In this document: piece by piece, positions 53,684 through 64,000 of the stretch
How the letters are laid out: each line of letters opens with the position of its first letter
Position numbering within the stretch: position 1 is the stretch's first letter
Assembly (NCBI GenBank): GCA_951406725.2
Contig: OX597817.1
Location: forward strand, 27,032,001 to 27,096,000
Direction: 5' to 3'
Length of the DNA: 64,000 nucleotides
Source of the DNA: Octopus vulgaris
Lineage: Eukaryota
Program-made: the position numbers and the translations under genes
Notes under the pieces: generated by a model
What the model saw: the letters and a program-made list of their open reading frames with translations, nothing else
Told to the model about the DNA's origin: nothing
Databases searched by the model: none

Positions 53684-54768
53684 TAATAATATTAATAATA
53701 ATAATAATAATAATAATTATGATGATCTTCTCAACTTAAATGATTGGAAGTGTTTTCATGAACGTCTTTTTTTCTTGGTATAAAAGTTGTGCTACAGCAA
53801 ATATTCTGCTCAATACCTCAAATTGGTTTGTCAGTTGTTTGGCCTTAACCAGTTGAGCATGTCCCTTAGTGGCTGACAACATGTGCATCTCTGATCAGAA
53901 GCAGAAGTTGTTGGGGAGTATCATAGCCATGTGTTGAGAGGAATTTCTTTGGAGTTTAAACAATTCACCTCTAGAAACATGGCTGTTTTGTTCCAGATCC
54001 TTAAATAAGCCTTATTCAGAGATCTTTTGAGCGGGATGAGCTACTCGAATTGAAGAAAATTTTTACTGGACCCCATCTGCAAGGTCATGCGCTGTTTATC
54101 TTTATATGAGATCACCATGTTGCGCACATATGGTTGTAGTGCATGTGCTTGGTGCACCCTTATCAGACGGGTAGTCATGATGTTTATGCTGGGTTTCGTA
54201 TATTATTTTCCCCGGTGTTACTTTGATGGCATGCACTGCTCTCTCACTCAATAATAATAATTGTTTCTCCACAAATATTATCATCACATTTACCTTTAAA
54301 TCTTCAACTCACGGCTTCGCATGAATTTAATAAATTTTTATTGTAATATGACATATGGCTTCTTCACCCACAACACTCAGACGTTTTTTCTATTTCTCCC
54401 ATCATTAAAATTAGTTTCATATTAATTATCATGGAATATATTGGAGCAGAACTTTGAAGATATGACATAATGATGTGCTGTTTCTCTTTTAACATTTTCA
54501 CAACACAAGAATAATTAATCCAATGTACACCTGTAGTATTTATCATTTTCTCACATTTTCTACCTTGGTTTCCAACTTAACAATACATAGTTTTTTGTTT
54601 ACACTATCACTACTGGCTCCACGTTCACACATTTGAGTCATGCTGGAGCAAGTGTATAATTAAAAATATAACTATGAATAACATTGTGATGACAAAGAGA
54701 GGCAACAATTGCGTTATGTTCACAAGGTGAAGAAGATAAGTCGCTCATACCATCTATTGTCTGGCAGT

Positions 54769-54865
<97 letters not shown>

Positions 54866-55242
54866 TCTTTATTCTTTTGGAATGAAACCATGTGGTCTTC
54901 GAAACATATGTCGAGAGTAAAGGAATTTTGTTAACATCTTCGTTCGACTCCATTCTTTCATTTATTCATATATAGATAAATATATATATATACATATAAT
55001 GTATCTTTTAATTTTGTATCTTTTCCGCTTACGTTCTAGCGTTTGCTGAATTTTCTTGAGAACAATCTTTCCTTAGTGGTCAGTCCATATGGGATCTACT
55101 TCTAGCATAATGGATGTCCACTTAGAGGTCATCCCTCTTATATGTATGTAATGTAATTTTTCAGAATATTCAGATTTTTCAATATACTATGGCCACTGGT
55201 TTTAAATTTTAAATCAAATTACCATTCAATTTTTCACCCTTA

Positions 55243-55295
<53 letters not shown>

Positions 55296-55296
<1 letters not shown>

Positions 55297-55500
55297 CCAT
55301 GATAGATCGTTAGCCACTACACACAGTTTTTTCTCTCCTTGTTTCTCTCCTTGTTTTTTCTGTGTTCCCTTCTGTAAAAGAGCGTAGGCTCGAAACGTAA
55401 AAGACTTTTTCTATTCCTGAGCGTTATACTAATACATCTGTTTGTTTTGTACACCACCTGTCTTCGTCTTTTGTTTTTTTTCTTTTCGTAAACTCTCCCT
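55296..55500 (+). mobile_element. Penelope-like pLTR-derived repeat with degenerate hammerhead
   Basis: ctgtaaaa gagc gtag gctc gaaa cgta, flanked by (TA)n. Confidence 0.5.
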
Positions 55501-56214
55501 ATATATATACACACACACGATCATATATATGTACGATCATATACATTACGATCAGGCCTAAGTCAAAGATAGCCTTTCTTATAAGCAGCAGCAACGGAGG
55601 ACACAACTGCATAAGTAAATGAAAATTCGCGACTGCTTTGCCTATGCTATATTTACGCTGTGCCACCCAGCTCTCCACCATGAGCGAGGAAACTCCAAAA
55701 GTGGCAGTACTTCATCGTCGCATTTGCAAGTTATACTCTAAAAGCTGCACCAACAACGACCAGTTTTTTGAAGGTCCATTATACATTTATGACTCTGAGA
55801 TGTTTTTATGCACCGAATTCAACATGGCGAATGAAATCCGCACGGGCTTGCATTCACTTTTCGGTCAATCAGTTATTCAGCTTTCCTCCTGGGCCTCAGC
55901 ATTCCTTGTGACAACCAAAAACTGAACAATTCTCAAATTTCACATCAGAGTTTTCTTCACCAAAATCGATGTTTTAAAGGAACTAAGAGTTTAGTACTCC
56001 CGATGAGGTCTTGCAGCACGCTCGTTCGCAAGCTCGATTATTTCAATGTCGTTTTATACTTATTACTTGGTAGGCATTAATAATATGATCAATTTATCTG
56101 TATTCTTGGCAGGTGTTGCTTTTTGTCTTGTGGGCTTCTAACAGGCCTCACCACCAGGTTTACTTAATAAAATCATCGGGCACTTTTGCCTTTTGCCTAT
56201 CTTTTAGAATTTTT

Positions 56215-56384
56215 CACGCGACTCCGGCAGAAAATAATGGCGAACTTCTGCTGACTCTTTCGCCACAACTTTCTCCCACTCTTTCCTCCTGCATCTTGCT
56301 CCCTACCAGGTGGGGAACCTATACGCCAAGGAAACACGGAAACCGGCCCTAGGAGCCAGGCATGGCTCGAGAAGGAACAAACAA
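56215..56384 (+). mobile_element. SINE family C 3' fragment
   Basis: Near-identical to 57560-57722. Confidence 0.75.
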
Positions 56385-56814
56385 TATTACAGTGAGTAAA
56401 TATTGCTTGCCAAGCTAAAATTTTCCGCGTATGTACAATCGTTTGAACCAAATATATGACTGAGGTAATTTACGTTTATTACTAAGTACACATTTTATAC
56501 AAACTGTTAATATTTAACTACCAACAAGATATAAAACATTGGGAATATTTCAAAAATTTCATGTATTATTCATTGATAAACCTATGGTGACGTAATATAA
56601 CACCTACTGATAATATTTAAGCTAAATGAACAAGATACTGAAATACTCTTGGATATCACTTCGAGATCTATTAGAAAATATTCATTCCAGGGCATGAAAT
56701 TTTTCAGGTAGAAAGAAATACCCAATAAGGAGGAAACTAGCGTTTCAAGATAACACATGCCTCATTAACCGTTGATTATTTTCCGTTTCAAGCAATTTCA
56801 TTCTTGGATATCAA

Positions 56815-56940
<126 letters not shown>

Positions 56941-57464
56941 AAAGGCTGAAATAAGATTTTTCTGATTATCTTCCATCTGCACTTCAACAAATTATCAATT
57001 GGTTGATTGTAAGACAACTATTTTGATAGAAAGATCTTCTACATTTCTCTCATAAGACATCTGAAATGCTTATTATCAACTTCTTGAATGACAAATATGA
57101 ACAAGTACAAAGACACTGCACAGAGCAGACTGTAAGACGGAACCTGGAAATTCTTTCTAGAAATAGTTCAACGGGAAAGAGTTTTATATTATGAGGAGCA
57201 AATTTCACAGAGAAAATCTCGAGTCAATTTCAAGGAGGACAAGCTCACCACCACCACCACCACACAGAAAAGATGCATGGGCCAAATTACTCGCCAGGGA
57301 ATCTGAAAGAAGAAATTATATTGAATGACTTAGGAGATATTGATCATAATACTTCATAAAGACATGTATTTTAAAACTTCTTTTATTCTTTAGCATCAAT
57401 CAAAATATTTGATAAAACTTCTTTTACTGTACATAATTTTAATTTAAAGAAATTAATTTTCTGG

Positions 57465-57722
57465 TGGAGGCATATAGTCTAGTGGTTAGAGCAGCGGACT
57501 AACGGTCGAGAGATCGCGGGTTCGAACCTCAGATTCGATGTGAGTGATTATGAGCGAAACACCAGCAGAAGATAATGGCGAATTTCTGCTGACTCTTTCG
57601 CCACAACTTTCTCTCACTCTTTCCTCCTGCATCTTGCTCTCCACCAGGTGGGGAACCTATACGCCAAGGAAACCGGGAAACCGGCCCTATGAGCCAGGCA
57701 TGGCTCGAGAAGGAACAAACAA
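57465..57722 (+). mobile_element. SINE family C variant
   Basis: tRNA-like head ggagggcatatagtctagtggttagagcagcggac...ggttcgaacc. Confidence 0.75.
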
Positions 57723-57848
57723 TATTACTGTGATCGCGGCCCATCGGATATCATCACACACGCGCACGCATAAACACACATGCAAACATATAACCTTTAG
57801 GTACTCGTGTATAACTCATGCTTCATATTCTGCATAGAATATTTAGTA

Positions 57849-58243
57849 GGAGGCGCAATGGCCCAGTGGTTAGGGCAGCGGACTCGCGGTCATAGGATCG
57901 CGGTTTCGATTCCCAGACCGGGCGTTGTGAGTGTTTATTGAGCGAAAACACCTAAAGCTCCACGAGGCTCCGGCAGGGGATGGTGGTGATCCCTGCTGTA
58001 CTCTTTCACCACAACTTTCTCTCACTCTTACTTCCTGTTTCTGTTGTACCTGTATTTCAAAGGGCCGGCCTTGTCACTCTCTGTGTCACGCTGAATATCC
58101 CCGAGAACTACGTTAAGGTTACACGTGTCTGTGGAGTGCTCAGCCACTTACACGTTAATTTCACGAGCAGGCTGTTCCGTTGATTCGGATCAACCGGAAC
58201 CCTTGTCGTCGTTACCGACGGAGTGCTTCTAAAGAAAAAAAAA
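57849..58243 (+). mobile_element. SINE family C with a different 3' half and A-rich tail
   Basis: Head very similar to 6261; diverges after ctttctctcactct; ends aaagaaaaaaaa. Confidence 0.8.
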
Positions 58244-59127
58244 GTATATTTAGTACAGTGCTTCACAGAAGAAATCTGCCCGTAAATTGGTATTTCAGGG
58301 GACTTTCAAGTTAACAGCACCTCGACTGTTATCAGTGAAATTAGGCCAATGTGTAACCACATTGAATGTATTTATTAAGGAAAGAAATTAGGAATATAAT
58401 TATGGAATGGTCGATAAATTCGTGACTTTATACTAAAATATATCAAAGAAATCATTAAAGAAAACTAAATAAAAGAAAACACATTTAAGGTCAAGAACAA
58501 TTATGAAATTGACTATTTATAACAAAAGATAATTAAATACAATTTAAAATCCAGTTAAAAGCCATTAACTTTTTGTATAATTCATCATCACTGATGCTCA
58601 AAGGTTATCAGCATTCTTGAGTCAACTTTTCATCTGCATCCCATAACAATGAAGTAAAGGAAATACTAGTATTGGTATTTCCTTTGCATCATTGTCTCTC
58701 CTCGGTTCTCTTGGCTATTAGCTTAATAATAGTAAGTCTTAGTACCATTCATGCTATATGATATTTTTGCCTTCAAGAAATTCTTCTTCGCTGTCTCAAC
58801 TGGAATGTCTTCCAAGTAATTTTTTATCTACTGAGTTGTTAGAAACAAACTTGGCTTCCTGAGCTTGCCACTTTTGGTAATTTCCTTCTAAATGAGGGAA
58901 TCCAGGTCATTCACTTCTGGCATATTCTATCATAAGTAAAATCTTTATTATGATCATGAGATCGAACATAGAAAAGACATAACAAGACAGACAAATACAA
59001 AAGTGTTATATGAGTTCGAATGAAACTTTTTAAAATTTAATTATAATATGAAATAAACAAATCATTGTCTTACTTTTGCCTTTAAAACGAGCAGTTTTGT
59101 GGGTTTAAAAAAAATTAAAACTAGAGA

Positions 59128-59166
<39 letters not shown>

Positions 59167-59171
<5 letters not shown>

Positions 59172-59467
59172 TATATTACATTAGAGACAAAACCACTATT
59201 ATGCAAATTAAACAAAGAAAGATTTATGCCAATACATAAAATAATTTATATAAATTAAATTTAATTAATTATGAGTTCATAGTTTAAAACTTGCAAAGAA
59301 GGTTTTGAAACCACCTGAAGAATGTCTCATAGAAGTGCTGACACGAAACGATCGTAGTGGTTATTTTAATTAAATTTAATTTATATAAATTATTTTATGT
59401 ATTGGCATAAGTCTTTCTTTGTTTAATTTGCATAATAGTGGTTTTGTCTCTAATGTAATATAATATA
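59167..59467. repeat. ~100-bp inverted repeat enclosing the hammerhead
   Basis: Arms 59167-59268 and 59366-59467 are nearly perfect reverse complements. Confidence 0.85.
59309..59362 (+). ncRNA. Minimal type I hammerhead ribozyme (Penelope-type)
   Basis: aaccac CTGAAGA a tgtc [loop] gaca c GAAA c gatc g TA gtggtt: stem I 6 bp, stem II, palindromic stem III, GUA cleavage triplet. Confidence 0.7.
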
Positions 59468-59542
59468 ATATTTTACTATAAAATTGGATTCAATCCTAAA
59501 TCTGATTTTTCCCCTGTAACTTTGGATTTATTCCCTAATATT

Positions 59543-59605
<63 letters not shown>

Positions 59606-59667
59606 CATACATACATACATACATACATACATACATACATACATACATACATACATACATACATACA

Positions 59668-60713
59668 TTAGGTCATTCCATAAATAATAGTATTTTCAAT
59701 TGCATGAGCTAAAAGTCGGAGAGGTACATGATAAACTATCTGCATCAACTTGCTATAAATGCAGGTAGTAATTTTACCTTGTTCTTATCCTAAGTGCAAG
59801 TTTTGAAGAAATTCCAGAAATTCCGAGTCAGAAACTACAGACTAGAAGATAAACCTCGTCTTGGAAGGTCTGTAGAGCTCGATGAGGACGTTCTGCAAAC
59901 CCTGGTGAAATAAAATCCCATCGGAACTGTTGAGGAACTAGCAGAGAAAGTTGGATTTGGTCATTCAACCATTCATCAACACCAGTGTGCCATCTGAAAA
60001 ATCAGAAAATTGGGTCAATGGGTTCTTCACAAAGTATAATCGTGCGCAGAGGGTGAATGCGTATTCTTGTATGTCACATCTCAGGAATGAACCTTTTTAG
60101 GACCGAACAGTGACTGGTGGTCGAGAAATGGTTCTCTATAAAAATGTCAAGCGCCGAAGACAGTGGGTAGGGAATGGAGAAACACCGGTACCCAGGCTAA
60201 AGACGGTCTTCACCCACGTAAGGTGTTGCTATCAGTTTTGTGGGATATGAAAGGTTTAGTCCACTTTGAGCGTTTAAACCCAAACCAAACGATAACAAAG
60301 ATCTACTCCGAGAAGCTTGAGCAGCTTAAGTCAGTGCTAGAAGAAAAACGCCTATCTTTGGTTTCAAGACGAAAGGTGTCTTTCCCTCAGTATAATGCTC
60401 GGCCATAAACAGTGAGGATGACATTCCAAAGGCTGGAGCAGTTTGAATGGAAAACGATGCCTCATGCCAGACATTGCTCCATCTGATTATTATTTATTCT
60501 GCAGTCTTTAAAATTATTTGAACGGAAAAATATGAATTCTGTAGGCGAGGTGAGAATAGTACTGGAGTACTTTTCCTCACGGACAAATGAATTTTGGAAG
60601 AGAAGCCTTGCAAGTCTACCAGATTTATGGATGAGCATTGTAGAAAATGAAGGAGAGTATGTTTTACATTGAAAAAGAACTTAAAAAACCGCATTATTTG
60701 TGGGATGAGCTAA
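59668..60713 (+). mobile_element. Decayed mariner transposon with both TIRs
   Basis: TIRs ttaggtcattccataaataat and attatttgtgggatgagctaa. Remnant peptides LEDKPRLGRS, KLGQWV, HPRKVLLSVLWDMKG, NARP, PDIAPSDYYLF, with stops and frameshifts. Confidence 0.85.
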
Positions 60714-60812
60714 TACTTTACTTGATGGAAAATGTGTTGCAGTTTGTCGCCTCTCTCTCTTTCTCACTTCTCCTCGCTCTCTCTTTCACACTCTCTCTAT
60801 CCCCCTTATCTA

Positions 60813-60912
<100 letters not shown>

Positions 60913-61377
60913 CACAAAACATTCAAACACTAAGATTTGAAATAAGATGTCACTACTGTTAAAATCATCTGTGGATATTTTTCAAAATTATCCTTTAATC
61001 ATGCTTGGAGCACTAGGCAGGTAAGATTTAAGCAGGTAGGCATAAAAATACTGTCGAAATCTTGGTCATCCAGTTCTTCATTTGGCTGAACATCTTTGTT
61101 CCTCAATCTAATATCAAATATACAAAACTTCGTCACCTTTATACATGACCCAAAATAATGTATTGCCATCTTCTCAGTCTTCAAAAATCAGATAAAATAA
61201 CAAACAATAATATAGCCTAAATAATTTCCATGAATATCTTGTACATATAAATTATTTTATTTCATAAATTTATTCATTTCTTTATTATCAGATTATTGTC
61301 TATGGATATAATTAAATAATGCACAAAACGATAAAATTCGTATTGAATGAATTTTAATTTCTTTTCGTTTATACATC

Positions 61378-61596
61378 TCTTTTACTCTTTTTTCTTGTTT
61401 CAGTCATTTCACTGTGGCCATGCTGGAGCACCGCCTTTTAGTCGAGCAAACGGACCCCAGGACTTATTCTTTGTAAGCCTAGTACTTATTGTATCGGTCC
61501 CTTTGCCGAACAACTAAGTTACGGGGGCATAAACACACCAGCAACGGTTGTCAAGCGACGTTGGGGGGACAAACACAGACAAGCATATGCACACAC

Positions 61597-61656
<60 letters not shown>

Positions 61657-62055
61657 TTTTACTCTTTTACTTGTTTCAGTCATTGACTGCGGCCATGCTG
61701 GAGCACCACCTTTAGTCGAGCAAATCAACCCCGGGACTTATTCTTTGTAAGCCCAGTACTTATTCTATCGGTCTCTTTTGCTGAACCGCTAAGTGACGGG
61801 GACGTAAACACACCAGCATCGGTTGTCAAGCAATGCTAGAGGGACAAACACAGACACAGAAACATATACACATACATATATATTTATATATATACGACAG
61901 GTTTCTTTCAGTTTCCGTCTACCAAATCCACTCACAAGGCATTGGTCGGCCCGAGGCTATAGCAGAAGACATTTGCCCAAGATGCCACGCAGTGGGACTG
62001 AACCCAGAACCATGTGGTTGGTAGGCAAGCTACTTACCACACAGCCACTCCTGCG

Positions 62056-62089
<34 letters not shown>

Positions 62090-62258
62090 TATATACGACG
62101 GGCTTCTTTCAGTTTCCGTCTACCAAATCCACTCATAAGGCTTTGGTCGGCCCGAGGCTATAGTAGAAGACACTTACCCAAAGTGCCACGTAGTGGGACT
62201 GAACCCGGAACCATGTGGTTAGTAAGCAAGCTACTTACCACACAGCCACTCCCACGCC
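61378..62258 (-). mobile_element. Three adjacent SINE family A pieces (3' half, full copy, head fragment)
   Basis: 61378-61650, 61655-62057 and 62093-62258. Confidence 0.8.
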
Positions 62259-63367
62259 TTGTGTTTTAATTTGTTGGTATCACATATCTAAACTACAAAC
62301 GTTAAGTCACTGTTTCAAATTTCTACGAGTGATATTTTGCTCGAATAAATATCCAGAGTGTTCTAGAAGACACACACATACACACACACATGCCCACATA
62401 TAAAGACATATATAAACATACATGCAAATATACATACATTCATGCATGCATACATACGCAGACATGACTCTGTGGATAGACAGGTTGCCTTATGTGATCT
62501 CGATTTCTATCATAATGTATGTCACCTTATCTTTTATGTCGATCAGTTTATGTCGATCAGTGAATGAAATTGGTTGATGGAAAATGTGCTGCAGTTTGTC
62601 GCCTCTCTGTCTTTCTCACTCCTCCTCGCTCTCTCTTTCACTCTCTCTCTATCCCCCTTATCTCTCTCTCTCTCTCTCTTTCTCTATATGTATGTATATA
62701 TATATATATACAAAACTTTCAAACACTAAGATTTGAAATAAGATGTCACTACTGTTAAAATTATCTGTGGATATTTTTATAAATTGGTGGTATTAACACT
62801 AGTAACATAGGTGATCCATAGGCAAATACCATTATTTAGTTAGAAATTACAAATTTGCACGAAGCATAAGGATGCAGAAAGGCTTCAACCTGCCAGAAAT
62901 AAGAGCTAAAGTCTTAATTAAACCAACATACAGCACTAAGATAACAGAGAAATAACAGTAGGCGAAGAAACGGAAAGAATTAATGCATTCAAAAGCACAA
63001 CTATGAAAGATTATGCAGTTTATGACATCTGTATACCCTGGTTTCGGTGTTTGGAAATTTGATCCTTGAGCCTCTTCAGTGTAGCCCACCAAGTAAAAAT
63101 TCAAGGTCATCATGTTAAACTCCGCTAACATACTGGTTTTGTTTTGCACCAAAAACACAGCACATAGGGAAGAAATATTTATAAACAAAACATTCAAACT
63201 CTAGGATTTGGAATAAGATATGTCACTACTGTTAATATCATCTGTGGATTAAAATTATAATTTGATGGTATCAGCAGTAGCAACATAGGTGATCCACAGG
63301 CACATAGCATTATTTAGCTAGAAATTACAAATTTGCATGAAGTGTAAGGATGCAGAAAAGCATATAT

Positions 63368-63405
<38 letters not shown>

Positions 63406-63407
<2 letters not shown>

Positions 63408-63616
63408 TCTTTTATTTGTTTCAGTCATTTTACTGTGGCCATGCTGGAGCACAGCATTTACTCTAGCAAATCGACCCCAGGACTTATTCTTTGTAAGCCT
63501 AGTATTTACTCTATCAGATTCTTTTGCCAAACCACTAAGTTACGGGGACATAAACACACCAGCGTTGGTTGTCAAGCAATGTTGGGGAACAAACACAGAC
63601 ACAAACACATACACAA

Positions 63617-63647
<31 letters not shown>

Positions 63648-63808
63648 CATATATACGACAGGCTTCTTTCAGTTTCCGTCTACCAAATCCACTCACAAGG
63701 CATAGGTCGGCCCGAGGCTATAGCAGAAGACACTTGCCCAAGATGCCACGCAGTGGGACTGAACCCGGAACCATATGGTTGGTTAGCAAGCTACTTACCA
63801 CACAGCCA
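63406..63808 (-). mobile_element. SINE family A
   Basis: Reverse match. Confidence 0.85.
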
Positions 63809-63811
63809 TAT

Positions 63812-63929
<118 letters not shown>

Positions 63930-64000
63930 TAGTGTATTTTTCCCTCACGGGCTATTCTTTACTGGAAAGCAATACCGTAGTATTGCATTGCTAATTTATA

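Noticed and set aside
57849-57920. tRNA genes at SINE heads (also 6261 and 48300)
   Set aside because: No intact acceptor stem or terminator, and the sequence continues into SINE bodies.

Overview
AT-rich, microsatellite-dense animal DNA with no recognisable conventional host gene. The SINE and microsatellite content suggests an octopus-like cephalopod, which is an inference. The dominant feature is a 13-kb head-to-tail array (21587-34567) of seven near-identical ~1.85-kb units. Each unit starts with CAGT/CCGT, encodes one ~447-aa protein resembling L1/Tx1-clade ORF1 or ZCCHC3 (RRM-like region, CX2CX4HX4C knuckle, E/K-rich linker, extra C-terminal domain), and ends in AATAAA plus a short A run. 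No endonuclease or reverse transcriptase ORF2 is present. The unit's 3' end is shared with a SINE family in this window (24 nt identical), and that SINE also forms tandem self-insertions. The first unit begins at the expected start site of an external CCAAT/E2F/TATA promoter. The flanks hold several tRNA-derived SINE families, decayed CR1/L2 and RTE LINE fragments, mariner/Tc1 remnants, hAT-, piggyBac- and Helitron-like non-autonomous elements, and Penelope-type remnants with minimal hammerhead ribozymes and long fold-back palindromes. Family names come from motif recognition only; no database search was run.
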